Shown: in pieces, positions 15,397-24,986 of the stretch | How positions within the stretch are numbered: position 1 is the first letter of the stretch | How the letters are laid out: every line of letters starts with the position of its first letter | Source of the DNA: a virus | Strand: one strand, 5' to 3' | Virus record (IMG/VR): IMGVR_UViG_3300027759_000056 | Span: 47,977-111,976 of that record | DNA: 64,000 nucleotides | Made by a program: the position numbers and the translations under genes | Notes under the pieces: generated by a model | Told to the model about the DNA's origin: nothing | Seen by the model: the letters and a program-made list of their open reading frames with translations, nothing else | The model's database searches: none

Positions 15397-16062
15397 ATGG
15401 AAATGACTTATCCCGTAGCCGGAGAAACCTTTAATAGTAACTCATCATTTGGTATGAGAGGAACTGGTACACACAAAGGAATTGACCTTAAAGCCGATTC
15501 TGGTGACCGTGTAGTTGCCGCTTTACCAGGTACTGTAATAAAATCAGACGATAATACTGACCCACAAGGTTATGGTGGACAAATATTAATTAAACACAAT
15601 ATTGACGGTGATATTTTTTATACTCGTTATGCTCACTTAAGAAAAAGATATGTTCAAGTAAATGAGAACGTTTCTCAGGGTGAAAAAATTGGAGAATCAG
15701 GTGGTGGTGAAGGTGATGCAAATAGAGGTAGAGCAACTGGTCCACATTTACATTTTGAATTATTAGATTACGGTCAAAAAGCAATTGACCCTGAACCATA
15801 CTTAAAAGGTGCTTTAGCGGTTGGAGCTGCGGGTCTTGTTGCTGGAGGAACAAATAGTGGAAGTACAAGTTCATCAGGCTCAACTCTTAATACCGACGCT
15901 GCTGGAAAAGCGGTTGATAAAATTATGGCTGGGTTTATGAAAGGATATTCACCTATAGGTTATTTATCATCACTAAAAGGATTGTCTGAACCAAAAAAAG
16001 AATCGGAAATTTCAAAACCAATACTTGAAGATATAGAACGAATTAAACAACTCTTAAAATAA
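15397..16062 (+). CDS. M23 family metallopeptidase (peptidoglycan hydrolase)
   Basis: HKGIDL, TRYAHL, TGPHLHFE. Confidence 0.9.
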   Translation: MEMTYPVAGETFNSNSSFGMRGTGTHKGIDLKADSGDRVVAALPGTVIKSDDNTDPQGYGGQILIKHNIDGDIFYTRYAHLRKRYVQVNENVSQGEKIGESGGGEGDANRGRATGPHLHFELLDYGQKAIDPEPYLKGALAVGAAGLVAGGTNSGSTSSSGSTLNTDAAGKAVDKIMAGFMKGYSPIGYLSSLKGLSEPKKESEISKPILEDIERIKQLLK

Positions 16063-16089
16063 AAAAACCCCTCGATTGAGGGGTTTTTT
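16063..16089. terminator. bidirectional intrinsic terminator
   Basis: A-tract, CCCTC/GAGGG hairpin, T-tract between convergent genes. Confidence 0.8.
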
Positions 16090-16109
16090 GTTAATGATTA
16101 CGGTGTTGA

Positions 16110-16286
16110 TTATTTCTTCTCAACTACAACTGAATCAGCTTTAACTGAATCTTTAGCAACTACCATAGTAGAATCACACTTAAGTGAATCTGCACAAGTT
16201 GAATCGCATTTAGTTGTTTCGGTTTCTTGGCTTGAACAAGCAACCAACGCAGTCATCATTACTAAACCTAAAATGTACTTTTTCAT
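16110..16286 (-). CDS. small lipoprotein (MKKYILGLVMMTALVAC...)
   Basis: signal peptide with LVAC lipobox; DS-rich tail; 58 aa, below the ORF-track cutoff. Confidence 0.7.
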   Translation of the reverse strand: MKKYILGLVMMTALVACSSQETETTKCDSTCADSLKCDSTMVVAKDSVKADSVVVEKK

Positions 16287-16393
16287 AATTTGTTTTTGAT
16301 TATTTTATCTTTGAATTTTAATTATAGTCAATAAATATACCTATGACAATAGAAGGACTAATTTTTTTTCTATTATTAAGGTATTTATACATT

Positions 16394-16708
16394 ATGAAAG
16401 ATATTAAAACACTTATCAGAGAAGGTCTGAACAACTATATCAACGAAGCCGAAGGTAAAAGTACTAAGGAGCAAGAAATTCCATTACCAAAAGGATGTTT
16501 TGGTGGACCAAAAAGTGAATTAGGAGCATTGATATCTTTGGTTGAATTACTATTAAAAGAAAAAGGTGATGGTGGTCATGGTCAAAGAGCTGTTGATGAT
16601 TTGAAACAATTTTTAAAAGGTACTAAGAAAATCAATGCTGAACATGTTGCTGGGATTTTAAGAAAACACCACAAGACTCAATTTATTCATTGGGTTGGTT
16701 GTTTATAA
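16394..16708 (+). CDS. hypothetical protein, probable head-packaged
   Basis: MKDIKTLIRE...INE|AEG; TATTTAT 5 nt upstream. Confidence 0.65.
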   Translation: MKDIKTLIREGLNNYINEAEGKSTKEQEIPLPKGCFGGPKSELGALISLVELLLKEKGDGGHGQRAVDDLKQFLKGTKKINAEHVAGILRKHHKTQFIHWVGCL

Positions 16709-16771
16709 AAAAATTTTATAAAAAAATATTAAATTAAAGTGGTCTAAATTGACCACTTTAATTGTTTTTAG

Positions 16772-17152
16772 TGGAGATGGAGGGTATCGAACCCTCGTCC
16801 AGACTACCTCAACCGATAGATACTACACGTTTAGGTCAGTGTTTGCCAACACTCCGAAATTCACAATTCCCTTATTTTATAGTGGTTCGGTTTACTGAGA
16901 ACTAATCCTCCACTTGTTTCTTTTTAGATAGAAACCACACCTCTAAAGACTTCTGTTCTTAGGTTAATGTCTCCCGACCTGTTTTGTAATAGCGATTAGG
17001 CTACTACAGAAGCGTTTTCACGGATTAATCCGATAGTCGCCATTTTGTCTAAAACGTTGCCGTCTAATTTTTCGAACCAGTTTTTAATGAGTTATTTCAG
17101 CTCATACGTGCATCCATCAATCAACAATACCTGTCGATTCCATGTCATCCCC
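16772..17152 (-). ncRNA. ssrA: tmRNA
   Basis: 5' GGGGATGACATGGAATCGAC; 3' GAGGGTTCGATACCCTCCATCTCCA; G3.U70; tag ORF GNVLDKMATIGLIRENASVVA*. Confidence 0.92.
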
Positions 17153-17224
17153 ATAAATCAAAGAACTTTCTACAAATATAAATATACTTTTTTAACAATA
17201 CAACTATTTATAATGAAAATAACT

Positions 17225-17962
17225 ATGAAAAAATCAATTTTATTGAATGAAGACGAAAAGAGTAGAATTTTGAATCTTCACGAGACGGCAAAAAATTTAT
17301 ATGAAAATAAAAAACCTGTATCTTCAATAAAAGAAGATAAATCAAAAAAAGAAAATATGAAAAAAGTAATCAAATTAACTGAATCTGATTTAGAAAAAAT
17401 CGTAAGACGTGTTATTGAAGAACAATACATGGGTGTTGCCTTTGGTGGTGAACAAAATGGTTTACAAATCAAAAAAATGGAAACTAAGGAACAAATGGAA
17501 CAACCTGCTGTTACGGGTGGTGCTCCTGTAGACAAAAAACAAATTTACAACCAATTAATTTCAAAAATAAATCAATTTTTACCTGTTGATACAACACAAT
17601 TCAAACCTATTTTTGCGTTAATTAAATCAGGTCAAGATAATATGAAAACATTTAATCAATATCAAAATGTTATTAAACAAGTCCAAGATGATGTTCTCCC
17701 TAAATTTAATCCACAGGGTGCTAGAGAATTGGCTAACTCAAATGCTGAAAGATATACATCAGTAACTGGTTTAGGTAGTGCCGCTCAAAGTTATAAAGGA
17801 GCTTTGAATCTTACTTTACAAGATATTCTAAATTTAAAAATGGGGTTATCTTATTTGGCTGGAGTTAAAGCTGGTGTTATGAATCCAAAACCGGCTTGGG
17901 TAAAAAGTCAAAACGAAATGGAAATGTTAAAGAAAATTGGTAATCAAATTGGATTAGCATAA
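17225..17962 (+). CDS. hypothetical head-associated protein
   Basis: LNEDEKSRILNLHE and KKVIKLTESDLEKIVRRVIEEQ motifs. Confidence 0.7.
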   Translation: MKKSILLNEDEKSRILNLHETAKNLYENKKPVSSIKEDKSKKENMKKVIKLTESDLEKIVRRVIEEQYMGVAFGGEQNGLQIKKMETKEQMEQPAVTGGAPVDKKQIYNQLISKINQFLPVDTTQFKPIFALIKSGQDNMKTFNQYQNVIKQVQDDVLPKFNPQGARELANSNAERYTSVTGLGSAAQSYKGALNLTLQDILNLKMGLSYLAGVKAGVMNPKPAWVKSQNEMEMLKKIGNQIGLA

Positions 17963-18008
17963 TTAAAATTCTATATAAATGAAAAAGGGGGTTAATAACC
18001 CCCTTTTT

Positions 18009-18434
18009 TTATTCTACAATTACACTCTGCCAACCTTCGTATTCTTTGAACTCATTAACCCAAACACACAACACTTGAACTTCATCAGGGGTGTTTTGGA
18101 AGATGGTGAAAATTACATCTTTACCTTTGTAGTTTACGATGTACAAATCAGTGTTCTCACCCAAAACTTCTTTTTTCTTGATGAAGTATTTGCTTACTTT
18201 ACCATTCTCAATGTCATTCAAACTCATGATGCGAGATGCTGTATCAATAGTCAAAACCACATCACCACGAGAACTCGGAAGTTTAGTTTCCAAATCATTG
18301 TTCAAAGCGTACATAGTATTGTACTTAGCGTTGTGGGTAAATCCGTAAAAAGCATTCATCTTGTAAGATACTGATTGTGCTTGAGCGGTGATTGTCAAGA
18401 TGAACATTGCGATGGTGGTGATGATGTTTTTCAT
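18009..18434 (-). CDS. secreted hypothetical protein
   Basis: MKNIITTIAMFILTITAQA|Q signal peptide with Gln at +1; TATATTTG upstream. Confidence 0.7.
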   Translation of the reverse strand: MKNIITTIAMFILTITAQAQSVSYKMNAFYGFTHNAKYNTMYALNNDLETKLPSSRGDVVLTIDTASRIMSLNDIENGKVSKYFIKKKEVLGENTDLYIVNYKGKDVIFTIFQNTPDEVQVLCVWVNEFKEYEGWQSVIVE

Positions 18435-18499
18435 AGTTTGTCTTCCTTTCTTATACAAATATACAACCATTTTTCAATCTACACAACTATTTATAAGAA

Positions 18500-20299
18500 A
18501 TGTACAAAATATTTTTACAAGAAGGTAAGAAAGAAGATGCCATCCAAAAGGTAAAAGAAATGTTTTCATCTCCTGAGGATGCTGAGATGATTAACAAAAT
18601 TTTTGATGCTACGTCAAGTTTGGGAACCAAGTTTATTCCGTTTGTTGAGAACGAAACCAAAAGATATTTGATTGACCAAAATACAGATATTAATGATTTT
18701 ATTAATCTACTTATAAGTAGACTTAGGTCATTTATCAAAAACAATGCTAAAATTACATCTGAAGTCATTGGTACAACCAAAGAATTGTGGGATAGTATTG
18801 AATCAAGAGCATTTCCAAAGTTAGACGTTGTATTAAACGCACCAAAAGATATTAATTCGTATAATATTGATTCATTGGGTTATTTGACACAAGCTCTTTC
18901 AATGATTTCATCCAAAAGAGAAAAAGAACGTGAGGCGAAAAAAGAGGCTGAAAGAGTATTTGAAGATGGTGATGTGATAGGAATTAGAGCCATCACACAT
19001 AATGCTTCTTGTTATTATGGTTCAGGTACACGTTGGTGTACTGCGGGACAACAGCCCGATTATTTTAACAAATACACCAGAGATGGTAAACTTTATTACT
19101 TTATTGACAAATCAAATAGAAGACAAAAGATTGCTTTATATATTAAAGACGGTGACCCAACTGTGTATGATGCTGCGGACACTGGACATGATGTGGATTT
19201 TCTATACCATGTTTATCCTGAGGTTGAGAATTTTGTTATTGAAAAATTATTGGGTGGTGGAAAAGTAAAAGCAGGATTTGAAAGAATTAAAGACGGAACC
19301 ATTTCAAGTTGGAATGCTGATAGGGTGGACCCATTAATCACCAGTTACAATAGAGATAATGAGGATAATGTCACTTTAAATTTAGATTTTAACGGAAGAG
19401 ATAACGATTATTTTGATTTATTTGAGTGGAACGAAGGTGACGGTGATAGAATGTACTTAGATATTTCATTATCTAGTTACGGTACAGGTGACATTTTTGA
19501 TAGTTATTATGGTGAAGAAGAATGGAAAGATGGATATATGTATTCTTATTTTGATGACGAACAAATGAAAAGACTTCAAACGTATATGAAGATTATTAAT
19601 CCAAAATTATATGAATGTACGTTGGGATTAAAAGAATATGGTAATGATGACTGTAAAATTAAAGTTTCCGAATTCTTATCAAAGACATTTGAAAATGCCG
19701 TTGATAACATAACCAGTGAATATACTTATGACATGAATGCTGATACCGAACGAGGTATTAAAGAATATTTGGAAAGAGATTATTCAAATATGTTTGCCGA
19801 ATATGGATTACCAATGACGGGTACTTTTTATAAAAAAACTGTCAAATTAGACGACCTTATAAAAACATATCAAAAATACAATCCAAAGTTTAATATTGGA
19901 ATTTATGGATTATTAAGAAGAATTATTAATCTTGAAAATATTGACCCCCCAAGTATTGCAGATAGTGTATATGAGTTTAGAACTGGTAATTATGAATATA
20001 GTAGTACCAACAGTGCCATAGAAAAATTATTGGACACTATGGAAGAAACTATCAATGAAAATGAAAATATAACAGGTGATTATGTTGACCATTATGATTT
20101 TATCAAAAAATTGGGTGGTTTTGATGAGTGGATTGATATGCCTGGTGACAAAAGATACATGTTAAAAATCACCGATTTGGACATGGAAGATGATAGGGTA
20201 ACGTTTGCACTACAAAATAGGGAGACAAGGGATTTCAAAAAAATGAGATTACCGTTTGAAAAATTCAAAGATTTTATTTATAATCTGCAACTTTTTTGA
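18500..20299 (+). CDS. large hypothetical protein (ASCYYGSGTRWC family), paralog of 8593-10146
   Basis: shared motif; FLQE|GKKED N-terminus. Confidence 0.7.
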   Translation: MYKIFLQEGKKEDAIQKVKEMFSSPEDAEMINKIFDATSSLGTKFIPFVENETKRYLIDQNTDINDFINLLISRLRSFIKNNAKITSEVIGTTKELWDSIESRAFPKLDVVLNAPKDINSYNIDSLGYLTQALSMISSKREKEREAKKEAERVFEDGDVIGIRAITHNASCYYGSGTRWCTAGQQPDYFNKYTRDGKLYYFIDKSNRRQKIALYIKDGDPTVYDAADTGHDVDFLYHVYPEVENFVIEKLLGGGKVKAGFERIKDGTISSWNADRVDPLITSYNRDNEDNVTLNLDFNGRDNDYFDLFEWNEGDGDRMYLDISLSSYGTGDIFDSYYGEEEWKDGYMYSYFDDEQMKRLQTYMKIINPKLYECTLGLKEYGNDDCKIKVSEFLSKTFENAVDNITSEYTYDMNADTERGIKEYLERDYSNMFAEYGLPMTGTFYKKTVKLDDLIKTYQKYNPKFNIGIYGLLRRIINLENIDPPSIADSVYEFRTGNYEYSSTNSAIEKLLDTMEETINENENITGDYVDHYDFIKKLGGFDEWIDMPGDKRYMLKITDLDMEDDRVTFALQNRETRDFKKMRLPFEKFKDFIYNLQLF

Positions 20300-20332
20300 T
20301 AATTCATAATTTTGTTGTATCTTTGTGGTAAG

Positions 20333-21157
20333 ATGAACAGATTAGATTTATTAGAAAAAGTCCTTAGCGTCCCAACAGCTACGTATCATGAAGAGTATAT
20401 GGTGGAATTTATTTCCAACTGGCTTAAGGAAAACAACATTCCATACGTAGTGGACGAAATGATGAACATTTATGCAACCAAAACAAGTGAAGGTTTTGAA
20501 GGAAAACTTTATCCATGTATGGTTGCCCATACCGACACTGTTCACGGAATGAACGAGATTGTTGTTCACACGGAAACTTTACCTGACTATGAAGGAAACC
20601 TTAAAGTTTGTCTTAAGGGTTACACACCTGAAGGAAAAGAAACAGGTATTGGTGGTGATGACAAGTGTGGTGTGTTCGGAGCAATGTCGGCTCTGTTGGA
20701 TTTACCACACGTAAAAGCGGCGTTCTTTGTTAGTGAAGAAACAGGATGTTGGGGTTCTCGTAAAGCTGACCCAAATTTCTTTGTTGATGTAGCTTACGCA
20801 ATTCAGTTGGACGCACCGTTGAACTACATGGTTACTGAAGTTTGTTCTGGTGTACGTTTATTTGACCGTGAGAGTGAATTCTTCACCATTGTTGATAAGG
20901 TATTAGATGAATATATGCCAACACGTCAATACATGGTTCACCCATACACAGACGTTTCTCAGTTAAAGATGAAGTTTGATTTCTCATGTATCAACATTTC
21001 TTGTGGGTATTACAATTACCACAGACCAAGTGAGTATGTTGTAATTGATGATTTGGATAACTCAATCAAGACCGCTTATGCGATGATTGATAAACTTGGA
21101 TATAAAAAATATGAGTTCTTATTTGATAAGGAACTCATGAGGAATGGTTGGTATTAA
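20333..21157 (+). CDS. M20/M28 family zinc peptidase
   Basis: AHTDTVH, GGDDKCG, SEETG, YTDV, GYYNYH. Confidence 0.85.
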   Translation: MNRLDLLEKVLSVPTATYHEEYMVEFISNWLKENNIPYVVDEMMNIYATKTSEGFEGKLYPCMVAHTDTVHGMNEIVVHTETLPDYEGNLKVCLKGYTPEGKETGIGGDDKCGVFGAMSALLDLPHVKAAFFVSEETGCWGSRKADPNFFVDVAYAIQLDAPLNYMVTEVCSGVRLFDRESEFFTIVDKVLDEYMPTRQYMVHPYTDVSQLKMKFDFSCINISCGYYNYHRPSEYVVIDDLDNSIKTAYAMIDKLGYKKYEFLFDKELMRNGWY

Positions 21158-21257
21158 TATAAAAGGGTCTTAACGACCCTTTTTTTATGCTTATAACTTA
21201 ACAAAAAAAATGGGGTCAATGACCCCACTTTTATTACCGATAAGGAATATTATTCAC

Positions 21258-23252
21258 TTATTTGATGATTACCTTATCAGATTTTACCGATAGGGAATAT
21301 TGTTTACCCTCAACCACGTTCCCGTTCAAAACTTCTTCTGACACCAAATCTTCCACTTGGTCCTGAATGGCCCTTTTGATATGACGAGCTCCATATGTAT
21401 CATCAAAACCAACCTTGGAGATGTGAGATACCAATTTATCGTCAAACTTGAATACAAGTTTCAATTCACCCAAACGTTTAATCAATTTTCCCAATTCAAT
21501 ATTAACAATTTGTTTGATTGATTCTTCATTCAAAGAGTTGAATACGATTGTATCATCAATACGGTTCAAGAACTCAGGAGAGAAATAATTCTTCATTTCT
21601 TTCTTCAGGATATCTTTCTTCTGTTCTTCATTTGAATATGAATTGCTTGAGAAACCAATACCAGCACCAAAGTCTTGTAGTTTCTTAACCCCAATGTTTG
21701 ATGTCATAATAATCAAACAATTTTTGAAGTTAATCTTTCTACCCAAAGAATCTGTAAGGTGACCTTCATCCAACATCTGAAGAAGTGTGTGGAAGATTTC
21801 TTTGTTTGCCTTTTCCACTTCATCAAACAAGATTACAGAATAAGGTTTGTTCTTAACTTGTTCAGTCAATTGTCCACCTTCTTCATAACCCACGTAACCT
21901 GGAGGGGAACCAATCAAACGAGAGATGGAATGTTTCTCTTGGTACTCACTCATGTCCACACGGATAAGATTATCCACCGAACCAAAGATTTGTTTTGCGA
22001 GTTGTTTAGCCAAGTGAGTTTTACCAACACCAGTTGAACCCAAGAAAATGAATGAACCAATTGGTTTGTTTGGGTCTTTAATACCCAAACGGTTTCTACG
22101 GATTGCTTTAGCAATTTTGGTAACCGCTTCTTCTTGTCCAATAACGTCTTTTTGGAGAGATTTTTCCAAATCAATCAAGGATGTTTTATCGTCAGTTGAC
22201 AATTTGTTTACTGGAATTTTGGTCATTGAAGATACAACCGTCAAAACCAATTCAGGGTCAATTTCCTTACGGTTGGCAGCTTGTTCATCTTCAAACTTTT
22301 TCTTTTCAAGTTCCAAACGTTCCAACAATTTCTTTTCTTTATCACGAATTGCCGCCGCTTCTTCAAATTGTTGAGATTTAACAACATTAATTTTTTGTTG
22401 TTGAAGTTCTTTTGCTTTTTGACGCAAAATCTCAATTGACTCAGGAGTTTTAACATCCACTTGAGAACGAGCACCCACTTCATCCAAGATGTCAAATGCT
22501 TTATCAGGGAACTCACGGTCCGTGATGTAACGGTCCGCCAAGTTTACACACATTTCCAATACCTCAGGTGTGTATGTTACTTTGTGATATTCTTCGTACT
22601 TGTCTTTTACGTTGGTGATGATTTTCAAGGTTTCTTCCTTGTTTGGTGAATCAACCACAACTTTTTGGAAACGACGCTCAAGTGCTCCGTCTTTTTCAAA
22701 GTTGGTTCTATATTCATCCAAAGTTGTTGCTCCGATACATTGGATTTCACCACGAGCAAGTGCTGGTTTGAAGATGTTGGAACCGTCCATTGAACCTGAT
22801 GAGTTACCAGCCCCCACCAATGTGTGGATTTCATCGATGAAAATAATGATGTCAGGGTTTTCACTCAACTCTTCAATAATCACTTTCATACGTTCTTCAA
22901 ATTGTCCACGGTATTTTGTACCTGCAACAATTGATGTTAAGTCCAAAAGAACAATACGTTTATCTTTTAGATTACGAGGACATTCCCCGTTAAAGATTTT
23001 CATGGCAAGACCTTCCACAATCGCAGTTTTACCACAACCTGGCTCACCTATAATGATGGGGTTGTTTTTCTTCCTACGTGAAAGAATCTGTGCAATACGA
23101 TTAATCTCCATTTCTCTGCCAATCACAGGGTCTAATTTACCCTCCGAGGCCATTTTAATTAGGTCTTTTGAGAAGTTGTCCAAAACAGGTGTTCCACCTG
23201 ATTTACGTTTTGACTTCTGTGAACCTTCGTTGTTATCAATAGAATCTATCAT
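21258..23252 (-). CDS. clpC: ClpC-like AAA+ ATPase lacking the N-terminal domain
   Basis: GEPGCGKT and GSTGVGKT Walker A motifs; UVR-type middle domain; GIGF ClpP-binding loop. Confidence 0.9.
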   Translation of the reverse strand: MIDSIDNNEGSQKSKRKSGGTPVLDNFSKDLIKMASEGKLDPVIGREMEINRIAQILSRRKKNNPIIIGEPGCGKTAIVEGLAMKIFNGECPRNLKDKRIVLLDLTSIVAGTKYRGQFEERMKVIIEELSENPDIIIFIDEIHTLVGAGNSSGSMDGSNIFKPALARGEIQCIGATTLDEYRTNFEKDGALERRFQKVVVDSPNKEETLKIITNVKDKYEEYHKVTYTPEVLEMCVNLADRYITDREFPDKAFDILDEVGARSQVDVKTPESIEILRQKAKELQQQKINVVKSQQFEEAAAIRDKEKKLLERLELEKKKFEDEQAANRKEIDPELVLTVVSSMTKIPVNKLSTDDKTSLIDLEKSLQKDVIGQEEAVTKIAKAIRRNRLGIKDPNKPIGSFIFLGSTGVGKTHLAKQLAKQIFGSVDNLIRVDMSEYQEKHSISRLIGSPPGYVGYEEGGQLTEQVKNKPYSVILFDEVEKANKEIFHTLLQMLDEGHLTDSLGRKINFKNCLIIMTSNIGVKKLQDFGAGIGFSSNSYSNEEQKKDILKKEMKNYFSPEFLNRIDDTIVFNSLNEESIKQIVNIELGKLIKRLGELKLVFKFDDKLVSHISKVGFDDTYGARHIKRAIQDQVEDLVSEEVLNGNVVEGKQYSLSVKSDKVIIK

Positions 23253-23307
23253 AGTCGTTTTTATTTCTGTTACAAATATACAATATCTTTTCCAAAAAAA
23301 CCAATAC

Positions 23308-23341
23308 TGACAAATTGTCATATTTACCTGACATTATGTCA
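23308..23341. promoter_or_regulatory. tandem palindromic operator TGACA-N3-TGTCA x2
   Basis: TGACAAATTGTCA (23308) and TGACATTATGTCA (23329), 21 bp apart. Confidence 0.65.
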
Positions 23342-23414
23342 TAATCATTGATTTGGCATTTTTTTTATTGTATACTGTACAAAGATAAACTAAAAAAGTG
23401 TAATTATAAAAGAT

Positions 23415-23867
23415 ATGTTTAATTTATTTGGAAGAAATCACGGAAAGTCATTAAAACAACTAATGGACGAACTAAACGAAATGATGAATGACGACTGGTC
23501 CTCATTCACCCGTATGGACATAAACGAATTAAAAGGTACTGACGAATTGGGTGAATTTGAAACCGAAACGTTTGAATCTCCTGATGGTTCTATGAAATAT
23601 ACAATTAGAACCTATAAGATTGGTGGTTCACCTAAACCCAACAAAGAAGAACGTGGTTCATTGGAATCATTGAAAAAACAACTTGATACCGCAGTTAAAA
23701 AAGAAGATTATCAACTCGCAATTTACCTTAGAGACAAAATTAAAAATTTTGAAAAAGACCAAGAAGAAATTAAAAAGATTGAAGATGAGTTAAAAGCTTG
23801 TGTTGAAGCTCAAGAGTTTGAAAAGGCGATTGAACTACGAAACCAATTACGAAAAATGAAACCCTAA
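23415..23867 (+). CDS. protein with two UVR (UvrB/UvrC) coiled-coil motifs
   Basis: LDTAVKKEDYQLAIYLRDKI; LKACVEAQEFEKAIELRNQL. Confidence 0.8.
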   Translation: MFNLFGRNHGKSLKQLMDELNEMMNDDWSSFTRMDINELKGTDELGEFETETFESPDGSMKYTIRTYKIGGSPKPNKEERGSLESLKKQLDTAVKKEDYQLAIYLRDKIKNFEKDQEEIKKIEDELKACVEAQEFEKAIELRNQLRKMKP

Positions 23868-23920
23868 CTTAACAACCCTCACTTTACAGTGGGGGTTTTT
23901 TATTTATACTATTTATTATT

Positions 23921-24166
23921 ATGGGAGTTAAACATCAAAAAATCGAAGGTACCAAAATCATCAATGAGATTGATTCTACCAACATAGTAAAAACAACTTA
24001 CGATACTGCAGATAATTCGTTAATTGCGGAGTTCAAAAACGGAACAAAATATGAGTACGAACAAGTTCCACACAATGTATATGCGGAATTTAGATTATCA
24101 GAATCACAAGGAAAATACTTTAATTCAAAAATTTCTAAGGTATATAAATACAAAAAATTACCTTAA
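23921..24166 (+). CDS. KTSC domain protein
   Basis: STNI...YD...L.AEFKNG.KYEY.QVP...SESQGKYFN. Confidence 0.85.
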   Translation: MGVKHQKIEGTKIINEIDSTNIVKTTYDTADNSLIAEFKNGTKYEYEQVPHNVYAEFRLSESQGKYFNSKISKVYKYKKLP

Positions 24167-24190
24167 TGAATTTCGTGGTATTTATTTAAG

Positions 24191-24943
24191 ATGGATAAAT
24201 ACTACGAAATATTATCTTCGTTTGGAACACATGATACATTAGACCCAAAAATATGGGACGATGTTGATGGTGATACACCAAAATTAAAACCACAAATCAG
24301 AAAAGCATTATTGATGATTGCCGGAGAATTCTTGGAATTTTTGGGTGAAAATATATTTGTGGACGATGTAAGATTTACGGGTTCCTTAGCCAATTATAAT
24401 TGGTCAAAATTTTCTGACGTTGATTTACACTTATATGTGGACTTTAATCAATTTGATGAAGAAGATAAAGAAGTCTATAAAGAACTATTCCAATTAAAGA
24501 AAACTTTATTTAATACAACACATAATATTACCGTTAAGGGTTATGAAGTTGAATTATATGCCGAAGATGTAAACGAAGAACATTTCTCAACAGGTGTGTA
24601 TTCTGTTTTGTTTGACGAGTGGGTTGAACAACCTGTTAAAGAAGATGTGAAGATTGATAAACAAATGTTGAAAAACAAAGCTCAATCAATGATGGATAAA
24701 ATTGATACTGTTTTAGATGGGGCCAAAAAGGAAAATTACGATGAAGCCGTTAAACACATTGACAGTTTCAAAGAAAAATTAAAAAAATATAGAAGTGCTG
24801 GATTGGAGAAAGAAGGTGAGTTTTCTTACGAGAATTTGGTCTTTAAGGTAATGAGAAGAAACGGTTATATCGACAAATTATTTGATTTCAAAAATAAACT
24901 TATGGATAAAGAATTATCTATAGAAACTAAGAATACAGAATAA
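24191..24943 (+). CDS. nucleotidyltransferase-like protein (Pol-beta fold)
   Basis: TGSLANYNWSKFSDVDLH (GS..DxD) and VELYAED. Confidence 0.7.
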   Translation: MDKYYEILSSFGTHDTLDPKIWDDVDGDTPKLKPQIRKALLMIAGEFLEFLGENIFVDDVRFTGSLANYNWSKFSDVDLHLYVDFNQFDEEDKEVYKELFQLKKTLFNTTHNITVKGYEVELYAEDVNEEHFSTGVYSVLFDEWVEQPVKEDVKIDKQMLKNKAQSMMDKIDTVLDGAKKENYDEAVKHIDSFKEKLKKYRSAGLEKEGEFSYENLVFKVMRRNGYIDKLFDFKNKLMDKELSIETKNTE

Positions 24944-24986
24944 TTCAACAATTTAGTATTATTCGTATATTTATATAGTAAAAATT

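Noticed and set aside
17045-17224. N-terminal extension of ORF 17045-17962
   Set aside because: Overlaps the tmRNA on the opposite strand; ATG 17225 (or 17212) near TATTTAT is more plausible.
22048-23310. Long plus-strand ORFs antisense to clpC (also antisense ORFs in portal, scaffold and T/P genes)
   Set aside because: Typical antisense shadows caused by codon bias.
23353-23371. Canonical sigma54 promoter (TTGGCA...TTG)
   Set aside because: The -24/-12 spacing is about 3 nt too long.
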